Positions 50,202 to 63,143 of a stretch of DNA of 64,000 nt are shown piece after piece. This stretch comes from Protoeuglena noctilucae (lineage: Eukaryota): the NCBI GenBank assembly GCA_958009085.1, contig OY253670.1, positions 372,001 to 436,000 of the forward strand, given 5' to 3'. Positions within the stretch are counted from its first letter, which is position 1, and each line of letters starts with the position of its first letter. Both the position numbers and the translations under genes were made by a program. The notes beneath the pieces were generated by a model that was not told the origin of the DNA, made no database searches, and saw only the letters and a list, made by a program, of their open reading frames with translations.

Positions 50202-52471
50202 TCACCCTGTCCCCCCCTCCGCCATCTCCACCTCCTCCTCTCCCCCCGCCCCCATCGCCACCCCCACGCCCGCCCCCGCCCCTGCACCCCGCGCCCACTC
50301 GCCACTCCCCACCTCCTCAATGCGCACTCCCCCGCTCCCGAAACCCCGAAACGACGCGTCACCCGCGCCCGCGCCCTGCCCCAGCCCTCCCCACACCCCA
50401 AACGACGCCCCCGCACCCGCACCCCCCTCCGCACTCCCAGACCCACCCTGGCTCAACGGCTCCTCCACCCAGACCCTCCCGGTGCTCGCGCTGCTCCCTG
50501 GCCCCGCGGGCGCCCCATTCCTGTCGTCATCGTCCCCTATTTCCTCAATCACCACACCCCCTGGGTTCCTTGCAAACCCCACCCTCGTCGCACCGTCTGC
50601 CGCCCCCGCTTCGCACCCACCCATCACCGCATCGATACCCAGCGGCTCATTCCTCGCCATGTACTGAAAAAGGACCTTGCTCCAGGTGTCTGCGCGGCCC
50701 CGGCGCTGGTTGCCCACCCCCTCCAATCGCAGGTCCGCACCGGCAGGCGCGCCTCCCTGCAGCACAATCCCGCCCTCACGCACCGAGAATCGCAGCAGGC
50801 GGCCGTCGGGGGCCATGGGCCGGCCGGGACCGGCGCGCTGTGCGTCCATGAAGGCATTTGGCATGCGTGCCACGACGACGGGCGGGTCGTCCTCTGGGGT
50901 GGTACAGGAGATGGGGTGGAGGGTGAGGGTGGGGGTGGCAGGGTGGCATTTGAGACCCTGACAGCCCCGTCCATCCTCAGCCACATCAAATAGATATGCA
51001 GTCAGAACATAATATGCATATAATACATCCAATGCAAGTCGCCGCCTCACCGGTGGCCACGGTGCCGTCCATCCTCAGCCGCAGCGACACGACTTGGTGC
51101 GTGGGGACGCGCCCCTCCGCATCGGTCTCCAGAAAGAACCGACTGCAGGAGGGGTCCTTCCAGAGTAGAGCCAGGGGCGTGCCGCCCGGCGCGTACATCA
51201 TGCCCTTGTGAAGGAACAGCAGGCCGTCCCGATCGAACTCGACGGACGCGTCGCGATATGCCTGCCGCACCCCCTGCGCCGTCGCCGGCCAAAAGGGCAC
51301 CACCCGGAATTCGAACGGACACCCGTCCTTCCCCCGCGGACCCTCGCACGCGGCCTCGGCCCGGCTGCCACGGCTGTCTCCCATCTCCGCGTCCCCCTCC
51401 TCTTCTTGCACCCCACCCTGGCGCCCTGCACCGGGAACGCCACCCACCGCGAACCCCTCGTCTTCGCTGCTTTTCGAGTGCGCCCAAAACAGCCGGAAAT
51501 CCGCGCCGCAGTCCTCCAGTGCCACCCCGCGCCACGCAACCACGTCTGTCACCCAAAAGACGCCCCGCTGCTCATCAAACACGCAGTCCAGCACGCAGCC
51601 GTCCGCGCCCTGCGACGAGCCTAAACCACCGCCAGGAAGCCTCGACCTGAGAGGGCCGAAGCAGCAGCGGGGTTGCAGTGGGTGGTGGGGGGGGCGGGCA
51701 TAGTGCACCTGAGACACCCTGCCACCTGTGTCACGGCAGGTCGTGCTGGCTTGGCTCAGTTGCTGGAGATGCAATGGTAGGCTTGTAGTTGCGTTCACGT
51801 GACTCCCCGTGACTCTTGCAACTCACTTGAACCTCCGAATGACAACCCCTGTCCTGTTGCGTGCGACCGTCCACCCTGCGCCGCTGGCCACAAGGCACCG
51901 CTGTCCCTCCGGCCGCGCCATCACCAGCCATTGGTCCCCCAGGTCCCCCGGGACGCTCGTCATCCATTCCGGGTGCATCATTTGGCGGGACCAGAACTCG
52001 CGCATACGTGCGCTCTGGCCTGCGAGCAGCCGGAAACACATTCGGCAAAATGACGTGATAAAATCGCAACAATAGTTGCCATCTACGCGGCGTCGAGGAC
52101 GAAGGGCCGGCCAGCGCAGGGAGAGGACCGCAGCACTCACTTGGGACCACGGCCGTAGTCGAGGGCAGGCCCGGCGTGGACATGGGGGCGTCCGACGCGG
52201 TGTCCGAGTCGGTGCCCCGCATCGCACTCTGCGGAACAGGTGCGAGCGCCTCATCGAGCCATCCCAGGCCGAGTAATCTCAGGTTTACGCCCAAGAGCCA
52301 ACGCCAGCGCACGCCGTCGCCCACCTGCGCCATCTCCTCATGATGCGCGCGCGCTAGTTTGATCGCCAGCTCTCGGCGCTTGCTGCGGTCCCGCTGCGCC
52401 GCCTCCAGCGCCCGCTTCCTCCGCTTCTCTTGGAAGCTCGCCGCATCCGCGGCCTTCAGCCCCTTCGGCAT
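50202..52471 (-). CDS. SNUPN: Snurportin-1
   Basis: IBB-like QEKRRKRALEAAQRDR, QMMHPEWM, RPEGQRCLV, SRLPGG, LDCVF, FRLFW, DGLLFLHK, TPLALLWKD. The start is uncertain. Confidence 0.92.
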
Positions 52472-52829
52472 GCCCTGCCGTGCACGCCCGCGCGCCACGT
52501 GGGCACGACAAGGGACACGCAGCCTCTCCCGACGCCGCGCGCGACGAAGTTACCAATTTGACAGGCGGGCAGCGGAACGTTCTTTCGTGCGCGCGAGCAG
52601 GCGTCCCGAGGGGCGAGAGGATCGGAATTTTGCGCGCGTCAAGCGAGCAGCGAACTCGATATGGCGCTGGACTCGTCGCTCTGCCAGCCATCGCTCTCAT
52701 TCGGGCGTGCGTTGCTTGCCAGACACTCGGTGCCCATGAAGCGCCTACGAACGATGCATTGCGCGAGAGATGCATTCCCCCGTTCGTACATGTGACAACC
52801 TTGAGGCGAGCCGGGGTCCTAGGAGCATC

Positions 52830-55321
52830 ATGTTCGCGGGGCCTTCGGGCCTGGGGGTTTCTCGCCGCGCCTTCGCATTCGTGCGGGTGAGCGCAAGCGA
52901 GTGCTGCCTGTTATTATGCCTTACACCGTTCGGATTGCAACGCAACCCAACGCGCCCCTCCGCTCGCCGCGCAGGCCAGTCGCGGCGCACGGACGATGGT
53001 GCTCGCCACGAGTGCTCCCGGCGTCGCCCCCGCCGCGGCGCCGGCGTCGGGCCGCCTCGTGGCGCTGGAGGAGCTTGCGTTCACCAACAGCTTTCAGGCG
53101 GAGCTCCCTGCCGACCCCGAGCCCCGTTCCTTCATCCGCCAAGTGTCCGGCGCGGCCTACAGCCGTGTCCTCCCGACCCCCGCCGATGGCGAGCCCCGCC
53201 TGGTCTGCGCCTCGCGGGAGTGTGCGGAGCTATTGGGACTGGACCCTTCGGAGCTGTCGCGCCCGGAGTTCGCGCTCGTTTTCGGCGGCAGCGCGGTCTT
53301 GCCTGGTATGGACCCCTACGCGCAATGCTACGGAGGGCACCAGTTCGGCACGTGGGCGGGGCAGCTGGGCGACGGGCGCGCCATCACACTGGCGGAGGTG
53401 TCGCCCGAGGGCCGGGCTTCCCAGGAGGTGCAGCTGAAGGGAGCGGGGCAGACGCCTTACTCGCGCCGCGCGGATGGCCGCGCAGTGCTCCGATCGTCTT
53501 TGCGAGAGTTCATCTGCTCCGAGGCCATGCACCATTTGGGCGTCCCCACCACGCGCGCCCTGTGCCTGGTGGCCACGGGTGCCCCCGTCGTGCGCGATAT
53601 GTTTTACATGGGCGATCCGAAGGTCGAGCCCGGCGCAGTGACGACCCGCGTGGCGCCCAGTTTCGTGCGCTTTGGCACCTTCCAGCTCCCCGTGTCTCGC
53701 GGCGACAAGGCCCTCGCGCGGCGCGTGGCGGGGTACGTCATCCGGCGGCATTTCCCGCAGCATTGGGACGGCAAGGCGGAGATGGATGCGGAGAGCGAGA
53801 GCGAGCCCAAGGGGTATGACGTGGAGGGGTGGCTGCGGGAGGTGGCGGAGCGCACGGGGCGGCTTGTCGCAAAGTGGCAGCTGGTGAGGCAGGAGCAGTG
53901 GCTGGTCTTGAAGTGGATGGGGCGGTGGCAGGTGGCGTGGTGGCATGGGCGGGGTTGCAAGTAGCGTGTGCGGATGCGGGTGCGTGGGCTATCGGGAGGA
54001 CAAGAGCTGTGCGCTTATCTGTGTTTGCGCAGGTTGGGTTTGTCCACGGCGTGCTCAACACGGACAACATGAGCATCCTGGGAGTCACGATCGACTACGG
54101 CCCGTATGGGTTCTTGGAGGCGTTCGATCCCACCTTCACGCCCAACACGACCGATATGCCGGGGCGCAGGCGAGGTTCCGGGATGAGAATGGGGTGCAGC
54201 GATACGATGCCGACAAAGCGTGTGGCACTACAACAAACAGCGCCCCTCTCATCGGTCTCAACGTGCAGGTATGCGTTCCAGGAGCAGCCGGAGATCGGGC
54301 ACTGGAACCTGGTGATGCTGGCGAATGCGTTGATCGGGGCGCGCCTCGTGGGCAAGGCCGCCGCTGAGCGTGCCCTGGGGGCCTACTGTGACGCTTTGCA
54401 GAAGACGTACACGGCGGGCATTGCGAAGAAGATGGGGCTCAAGTGAATCGCGCAAAGCGACAAAATGGCTGTCTCTTCAGCTTGGCACTTTGGCTATGCG
54501 CAAGTGTCTGTTCGCTGTCGATGTCGCACGCTTGCGCAGCAGCTCTGCGTGGCTGCGCTTATACTTGCCTTCCCGCGCCTCTTTCACCTCGCAGGGCGTA
54601 CGACGGTGATCTGTCGGTGTCGTTCCACCAGCTCATGTACGACTCCCAGGCGGATTTCACCCGGACCTTCCGGGCATTGTCGACCGTCGACCCGGACGGG
54701 ACGGACGAGGTGCCCGAGGCGCTGCTGCGGGAGGTGATGCGGAGGGCGCCGGAGAACGAAAGCGCGGCGGCCAAGGGCAAGGGCATGCAGTCGCCGGTCG
54801 TCGAGTTGATCGCCAACGCCAGGCCGGCCGGCGGCGACGCTTCGGGGCGCACGAGCTTCGGCAGCGCGGCGAGCGGGGCGGGGGACGAGGGCGAGTGGGA
54901 GGGGCTGCGGCGGCGGTGGGCGGAGTGGGTGGCCAAGTACCGTGCGGCGCTGCGGGCGGAGGGGCGGTCCTGGGAGGAGCGGCGGAGAGAGCAGGACTCG
55001 GCCAATCCCATGTACATCCCGCGCAACTGGCTGGCGCAAGTGGCGATCGAGGCTGCCGAGGTGAGGGGCGGCAGGGTGGCGCAGGCAGGCAGGTAGGGTA
55101 GCGGGGCGCCTTGCTTTCCCTGCGCCGCAAACGCAGCTCGCGCTTCATTGCATCGCTCGGTTGCGCCGCCGCAGAAAGGGGATTATTCGCGGGTCCAGGA
55201 GCTGCACGAGGTGCTGAAGCGGCCGTACGAGGAGCAGGAGGGCCGCGAGATGTATGCGGACGTCGCGCCGCCAGAATATGCGACACGGCCGGGGGTCGTG
55301 TGCCTCTCGTGCTCGTCGTAG
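52830..55321 (+). CDS. SELENOO: Protein adenylyltransferase SelO/YdiU (Cys form)
   Basis: [69 protein letters not shown]-terminal CLSCSS*. Confidence 0.97.
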
Positions 55322-55472
55322 TTCCATCGCCGCATGCTATCGCCAGCACTTTTTCTAAGCCGTTTGCGGCTGTTTATCGGGTTGGCTGGTCCTAAGCAGT
55401 TGAACACGCATGCAGGCGTTGGTTACGCTCCGATCCATGGTCTAGCCATCACACAGCCCCTGCAGCATGACG

Positions 55473-57174
55473 CTACGTGTCCGTAGCCCTGCGCTCGACT
55501 CCGAGCATGCCCTTGGCGGCCTCATACGCGACGAAGCGCATGCCATTATGGGGCAGCACGCGCAGTGCGTTGGCAGCCATCCCACGGTAGAAGCCACGGT
55601 ACCCCTCCTGGCGCCACAGGGCCACCACAGCGGAGACCAGACCACTGGCGTGGTCCCCGGGCATCTGCATGCGCCGCCGAATCGTGTCCAGGGGATAGCA
55701 GCACAGCGTGGCTGCGGGCAAGAGAGCGAGCCACCCACTCACAATGGAATTGCAGCCAATTGACCCGCAAAGCGGCGGTGCGATCGTTGAGCGCAGCGCC
55801 GACGCGCTTTGGACCCGCTGGCGCAAGCGACGAGGCTGGCTCGCGCGCCCTCACCGATGCTCCCCGCAAGCGCCCCCAAAACAGCGTTCACAGCCACCAG
55901 CTGGTCGCCCTGGCCGCGCCGCTCGAACAGACGCAGCCCAACCGCCCCCGCCGGCCGGCCGTCTGCCCCCGCCGCGCCCCCTTCCTCGTAGACAAGCGCC
56001 TTAAGGGCGTCATAGCATGCAAAGTTGATGCCCGCGTACGGCGCGACCCCCAACATCGCCGCGGGGAGGCCCCGGTAGAACCCTCGCGCGCCCTCGGTGC
56101 GCGCTATCGACGCGGCGGTGGCCACGAGGCCTCGGCGGGACGCCCCACGAGCCACCGGCATCGCCATGCGGAGCCTCAGGGTGTCGAGAGGATGCGTGGC
56201 GGCTGTGGCTGTGACTCCCGCCAGGGACCCTGCCAACAGACGCTCCGCTGGGGACAGGTAAGGCGTGTCCCTGCCACGGGCGAACACCCTAGGGCGGAGA
56301 CGGGAGGTGGCGCATGAGAGCGGTCATCGCGGCGGTGGTGTAGCGACCGTGCACAACCGGCGCTCGCCGTGCGACTACAATCTTGCTGAGGCGATCCCGT
56401 GCGCTTCCTCGCCTCTTGAAAAAGTCGTTCGATGCCAGCTGCACTGCGGAGTAAGGGAACACGCGTGCCAGGCTGGTGGCGTTGCCCCTCCAGAGCGCCC
56501 AGACACCCTCCTCGCGATAGATTTTGGTGAGAGCTTGCCACACCCCGGTATAGGACTTGGAAGCTAGCCCTGGAGCGCAGGGAATGGGTGCGTAGGTGCG
56601 GCGGGCTGGCACAGCGGGTGGCATAACAGTCCTCGTCATGCCGATTCCTAAAAGAGTCAGCATGTTGCGGCTGCGTTGGGTGTGTGGCAAAGAGCATGGC
56701 ATGGGACCGTTTTGACGCCAATACTGCATCACATGCGCTCTGCCGCACCGCACCTGCGCTCGCCCCGACTCCCTGGACCTGGAACAGAATCTTGACGCGG
56801 TCCAGCGGAGCACTCGATGTCCTCGCAATCGCTCCTGCCAATCAGAATCGGGCGAGGACGGCCCAATTCGCAGAAAGCCCATCGCAGGACTTAGGGTGCA
56901 TGATGAACCACGCAGGAATCCCTCCTAGCAATGTCCGGCGCATGGTTGCAAGAGAAACGTAACTACCAATGCCTCAGTGTCCACGAGGAGGGTCGCGGTA
57001 GAGAGTTCGACGTGCACGAGGCCCGGCACTTCTTCCGGGCTGAAACGATGTCGAGGCAGGAGCGCAGTCACCTGCGACACCTCCTGCCAGTAGCATCTTC
57101 CAGTGGTCATGGACTGACCGAGCGGCCCGCGCCCCATCCCCAGCCTCGGCGCGCAGCACGGCGCCGTGCCCCAT
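55473..57174 (-). CDS. Mitochondrial carrier family protein, TAAC/plastid ADP,ATP carrier-like
   Basis: Three Px[DE]xx[KR] repeats (PLDRVK, PLDTLR, PLDTIRRRMQM) and YTGVWQALTKIYREEG. Confidence 0.9.
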
Positions 57175-57465
57175 CCCCCTCGCTGCGCCCGTCCAGCACC
57201 GGCCCCGTCTAATGCACGGGCCGGCCGCTGGACTCCCGCGTGGTGCCTTTGCTGACTGCAGCTTAGATCGATATGGATGTCTTGCAGCTGTCTGACATCG
57301 TCTGGCACCAATTTCCACTCCTCAAGCAAATGAATGCATGCTTTTCGCCCAAGCCAATCACGTGCATGGAGTCGTGCGCTTCCTGTTAAGCTGCGGCCTC
57401 CTGACCCCTCCCAGCGGACACAGCGACCCACATCGTCATAAAGTTTGCGAGCTCTTGTAACTGCG

Positions 57466-58607
57466 ATGGGTTGGCTGTCGTGGCTTGGTCGCGATGCGGG
57501 CTCCGCGCCCGGCCCTAGTGACAGGGACGCCGCTGCCGGGGTGCGCGGGGGGGACGCAATGGGACAGCGGCCGCCGGGCGGGGATGGCTCAGAAGGCCCA
57601 GCGAGTCCCCGGCCGGGTCCCCGGCCCGATCAGATGCAAGGGGATGGTCTTCAGAGCAGTCGAGGGGATGGAAGCGAGGGAGATCCCCAGGAGAAGCGGC
57701 AGCTTTACTACCCCAACGGGCAGCCCATCCCAAAGGGCCCGTACGAGGACATGAGCGACCGGGCGTTCCGTGCGCTGGTCGACAGCATCATCAGCACCAA
57801 CCAACGCGTCCGGCACATCATGCAGGCGATGACGAAGGCGAGTGCGGGGGCGCGCAGGCGAGTGCAAGGCGTCGCGGTGGCAGGGGGCAGCGAAGGCGAA
57901 AGGCAGCTCCCCGGCGCACCCCCGCAGCTTGGTTGTCATGTGGACAAGAACTTCGTGCAGGTGGAGGTGTGCGACGAGGCGGTTTCCGGGGGATATCGCC
58001 CTCCGGACGGGGTTGTGCTGTGCAAGAACCACCTGAGCTTCGAGAAGGACATCGCGACCACCATGCAGGCGAGTCGGTTGCAAAGCATTATGCGCGCTTG
58101 GTCGAACCATCTCGCGTTGCGTCCTTGGTGGCAGCAGCACCGATCACGCTCCCACTCCCTGCCCCGCAGCACGAGCTCATCCACGCGTTCGACTCGTGCC
58201 GAGCGCGCAACCTGGACTGGGACAGCTGCGAGCACCACGCGTGCTCCGAGGTGCGGGCGGCCGCGCTCTCGGGGGACTGTGACTGGGACATGGAGGTCCG
58301 TCGAGGCAATTACAGCATCATCGGGCAGTGGAAGGCGAGTGGCGGCTCCGCGACTCGTTTAAAAATGGTTGATAGAATGTGCCATGGCAGACGCGCCCTC
58401 CGCCAGGGCCGTACAGCTCGAGCATTGTGGTCACTTTTTTCAACCCACACCCTGCATCATGCGCGCCCCCAGCGGTGCGTGCGGCGCCGGGCCGAGCTCT
58501 CCGTGTCGATGAAGGCGGCGTGCCAGGGTCCGCGGGCGAAGGAGGCCGTGGACGCAGTGCTGGAGAAGTGCATCAAAGACACCGCACCCTTCCACCGCAC
58601 GCCATGA
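57466..58607 (+). CDS. ATP23: Mitochondrial inner membrane protease ATP23 (4 exons)
   Basis: SGGY..VVLCKN, HELIHAFD, HHACSEVRAAALSGDC, CVRRRAELSV, CIKDTAPF. All three introns are GC-AG. Confidence 0.95.
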
Positions 58608-58701
58608 CAACATGTACTCCCAGACAGTACTCAACCCTGCTTGGTCCGCCGTGCTTCAAACGTCGATAACGACGCATGCCGCACCAACCGCGCCAATTGC
58701 C

Positions 58702-60459
58702 TTAGCCGTAGCACCGGATGGGGTCGTTGCAGCCCTTCGCCGCCGACTGGGGCCTCCCGAACCGCCCGCCCCGGGCCAGGTACTGCTGGTGGTAGGTCTC
58801 CGCGGGGCAGTAGTTGCGAATCTCCTCGACCTCCGTCACCACCGGGTCGCTGTGCTTGGCCTGCACCTTCTGGATCGCCTCCTTGGCGGCCGTGACGCGC
58901 TCCGGCTTGCTCACGTAGATGCCGCTCCGGTACTGCGTGCCGACGTCGTTGCCCTGCCGGTTGAGCTGCGTGGGGTCGTGACGGTCGAAGAACACCTGTA
59001 CCATAGAAAGGAGTAGATGCTGATGAGACACAGTGCCCAACATCGCCCTGACGCGCAGGACCGGTGGCCGTGTGCACAGCGCATGGATGGCCTGGATGGC
59101 GCATCTCGCCTCAAACAGCCGATCGAGCGTCACGGTCTTGGGGTCGTACTGCACTTGCACCACCTCCACGTGGCCCGTCTGCCCGGAGCACACCTCCTGC
59201 GTGCACACCAAGCACCGCCTCGGCTCGCGTCACACAACACCCAGCAACGCAGGTCACGTGCTGCCTACGCTTCCAACCAATTCCGGTGGAACAGAGGTGG
59301 CCACCGCATGCGGCACTGTCTCGCCCATCACTTGCACAAGCTCACACATCCACCCAAGTCTATCGATGAGACGAGGACGCGTGTCTTGCAGCGTGGCTCG
59401 TCACCTCGTACGTCGTCTGCTCCGATGACCCCTGGCAGTACCCGACCTGGGTGGACAACACCCCCGGGATGCGCTGGAATGCCAACTCGACGCCCCAGAA
59501 GCACCCGGCCCCAAACGTCACCGTCTCCATCGCAGACTTGGGCACGCTGCTGACCAGCTCGACCTGAGAGAAGCAGAGCAGACTCGGTTAGCTTTAAGAT
59601 ACATCAGTTATTGAGACGGAGGAGTGATGGACGAATACTCAGATGGGCAGTGGAACAGAGGGCTACGGCATTGGCGGGGCCAGCTATGCAGACACACGCC
59701 AACCCCCGCCGGCTCGCCTCGAACGTCAGGTCCTTCCCCGCCAGCTGGTGGTTCGCGTCCAGCGTGATGAACTCGTCATCCATGTCCGTCACCGCAGCCA
59801 CCATCCCGTTCGACAGCTGGACAGCCGCGCCCTTCTTGAGGCCCTGCGATTGCCATACGATGAGAAGCATGGCTGCTAAGCATGGCACTTGATGAAAAGC
59901 TGCAGCTCTGCCGATGATAGTGCTCCACGCAGGCACAAGCAAGCTCGCAGGTGCAGATGGGAACTCACGTCGGGGGCTTGCGACGCGGGGACCTTGGCGA
60001 CGAGGTCCTCCGACCACTCGCCGTACGCCTTCTTGGCCTCGATAGTGCGTGTGCGCTTCTCTCCTGTCCCGAGACCCATCACCAGGTCGTGGAAACCCTC
60101 GATAACGTTGCTAGACCCCACGACGAACTCCAGAGGTCCCCGGCCCCGCGACGAGTCGAACTCCGAGCCATCCGCCTGCAGTAACAGCGCCAACAGATGG
60201 TATGAAATACATACTGCCGCGGCACTGCGGCAACGCGAGGCCATCGTGAGCCCCCGATGCGAGAGACGGCGGAACGCACCAGGGTGCCCGTGTAATGGAC
60301 GCGAACGAAGTCCCCTGCCTCCACGCCAGCGTACACAACCGCGTTGCGCTTCCCCCCGACCCGGCGAATGCTCAGCGGCGACGCAGCGACGGAGGGGCGG
60401 GGCGCAGAGGCCGCTGCGGGCGCCAGGCAACATATGGCTGTCCCCGCCTCGCCAGGCAT
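58702..60459 (-). CDS. SlyD/FkpB-type FKBP prolyl isomerase fused to methionine sulfoxide reductase A
   Basis: VRVHYTGTL|ADGSEFDSS..LDANHQLAGKDLTFE|VEL runs in frame into FGAGCFWGVE, GHVEVV, QGNDVGTQYRSGIY, AETYHQQYL, IRCYG*. Confidence 0.92.
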
Positions 60460-60842
60460 TTTCCTTCTCGAAGGCTCCACGTGATGTAATGACGTTTGAC
60501 GTTTACCGCAGCATATGCGCTCGATCCGCGGAAAGGTGGTCCAGAGCGGGCGCGGCGGGGGGAGCGGGTATCTGATGGTTCATCACGCACCAGCGCTGCG
60601 AAGAAGCCTCGAGGGCCCTGCTGCTGCCCCTCCACGCCGCATTTGGCTCCCTCGCGCGCCCATCGCGACGCACGAGGTCGCCATCGCGCTGATACCCCCC
60701 GCTGCCATGTCTGCCACTAGTTTCACCCTTAAAACAATCGGCAGCTCTTCCTATACGCCGCTGCAGGTAATAAGGGTGTCACTCTGCCATACAGTGCATT
60801 CTGAAAGCGCAGGAGCGGGCGGCCAAACGCCAGCCAGGTGTT

Positions 60843-62406
60843 TCATGGCATGAGGGCGACAACGACCGCCTCCCTCGGCCGGTGTTGCCGGAGCTTGACC
60901 CCCGCGAGAGCGAGCAGCGTCCTGGATGCCTCGTAAGCCGGATCCGCGCGCAAGCCACCCTTGGTCGGCGTCTGCGTCCAAGGAGAGAGCATGAACGTGC
61001 TGTGGCCCCACCGTGGTCGCCGCAGGGCAAGGGCCGCGCGATCGAGGTCCTTGCAAGCCCCGCAGGCATGCGCTTGAGATGCATCCGCATACGTGCTTCG
61101 TGCTGTCCATCCCTCACCATCGAGTCGCGGAGGGACATTACGTTCTTGTCCTCGTAGAAAACGACCTCCACCAGTCCCGACTGGATGATGAGCTTGGCGC
61201 ATTCGTTGCAGGGGAACATGGTCACGAAGATACGGGCCCCAGCGAGGCTGGCCGAGTTCTACGAGAACGGTGCACAGGACAACGATTGTGACACGCCGTC
61301 GCCCTACCCAGGGTCAGCGCAGGAAAGACATCCCAGCATTGGACTTGAAACGCAACATCTCGCCAGCTTGCGTCCCTCCCGCCTCGCCTTGTTCATGATC
61401 GCGTTCATCTCTGCGTGACACACGTACGGGTACTTGGTCTCGAGAGGGTTGTTGCCCTGGGACGCCTTAGACCAGGGGAGGTGCTCGTCGGGGCAACCTC
61501 GAGGGAAGCCGTTGTATCCAATCCCGAGAATGACGTTCTCTGCAGCCACCATGCCTCGCCAAGGCTCGTTACGGCTGCCTTGGCAAGCAGGGGGGTGCCG
61601 GCCCAGCAGACCAGACAGGCTCCGGGGCCGCCCTGCGACTCCGCGCGCTGTCGCGAGTCACCTGGAGACACGATGCACGCCCCGACCTGCTTGTTGGGGT
61701 CCTTCGACCGCTGGGCTGACAGAAACGCAATGGCCATGAAGTAATCGTCCCACACCAGGTACCCCCCCCGAGGCCTGGGGTCGTACGGATCGCTGCATTT
61801 GTCCGCTCGGAGACTCGAGGCCGTCCGCACGCCCCCCGTGCCACCGCACTGCGCCACGGGGCACCCCACACACCCCGCGCCACTGCAAGGCCCCTCTGGG
61901 CCGGGGCCGGCCCCGCCGTCCCCACGCCCCTCCTCCGTACCCACGGCCCCCCAGAGTACCCGCGCTGCCTCCGCCATGACGTCATCGCCGACCGTGCGGC
62001 GAGCTGGCGATGCTGAGCACGCCTCCACAGAGACCGTGTCCGAAGGCGACGGCGACGCTGTCGATGGTGTGCAGTCACTGCACGCGTCTCTTCGCCGGAT
62101 GGCATCGCAGTCGCATCGCACGATGGCCTCGCTCGGGAGCGGCTGTCTGTCGATGGGTCTGTCGGGCGTCGCGGGCTTCGTACGCACAGCCGCCCCGGGA
62201 GGCGCCTCAGCGGCTGCAAGTTCCAGCGCCACGCACCCTGCGATGGACGTAAACGTCGATGGAGATGCTGGGTAGGTCAATGCAGCCGCCGCTGCGGCTT
62301 GCCCGGGACGGGCTCGACACACGCAACCACAAAGTGAACCGGGAGGCGCGAAACGCACCTGGAGTCGCGACGCGGTCGGCTTCTGCAGGGGCGCTTCGCT
62401 TAGCAT
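60843..62406 (-). CDS. DCTD: dCMP deaminase with an N-terminal extension
   Basis: [45 protein letters not shown]. The start is uncertain. Confidence 0.92.
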
Positions 62407-63143
62407 ATTCTCTGCACATTGCAAAGGTAGCGAACCCTGCACGTGGTCGGAGAACGCGGAATTTGGGTCTCCATGCGTGTGGCGCAGACGGCGGGCGCCG
62501 CGAGCGCCGCCACGTCCCCGGCAGCCCTCCGCGGGGTTTGAGAGCGAGCAAGACGAGCTAAATATGTTGGCAACCAAATCTTGGGCGCAGCCGACGGGAT
62601 TTTCGAATGGCATGGGCCCTAGTCCATGACAGCTGCCACGGCCGCTCCTCGGCCCAGCGTGCCGCCAGCATGCCGCGGACGAGGCAACCGCTCGGTGACG
62701 AGTCCATCATCGCAGCAGGAGCTTGGAACGGCTCACCAGTGACGACCCCAGCCATGACCGCCATGGGCAAGAGCGTGCCAGCGCCCAGAGACCACCCGGC
62801 CCCCGTTGGCCCCACCATATTCACGACTCTTAGATGCGATGTGAGCTGAGGCAGGATGACCAGGGAGACGGCTGCGCGAGACACACCAAAAGGCGCAACG
62901 TGGCAACGTGCCAAGGGCGCTGGCAGGCAGTGTGCAACGTAGGCGAGTTGCCAGGGCTATGACGTCCCGCGCGCGATGAATGAGTATTGCATGGATGGCT
63001 CCACGAGTGCATGCGCGAGCCAGATAGCTTTTCGCCAGTGGAACATGCCAGACGATGCCTGCGCTCACAAAGCGCCCACATCCCGCCACGAAGTCAATCA
63101 GTCGCACCTCTTTCTCGCGCTCACGTCGACTTCCTGGTCTGCG

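Noticed and set aside
53884..53965. Possible decayed donor echo in a SelO intron (WLVLKW versus RLVAKW)
   Set aside because: Similarity is too weak to separate from G-rich background.
55295..55321. Selenocysteine in SelO (also checked MsrA)
   Set aside because: The tail is CLSCSS with TGC codons and a TAG stop, and the MsrA GCFWG uses TGC. There is no in-frame TGA.
62946..62960. X-box-like GTTGCCAGGGCTAT upstream of the DZIP1-like gene
   Set aside because: The half-site is imperfect, and RFX factors are not known from green algae.
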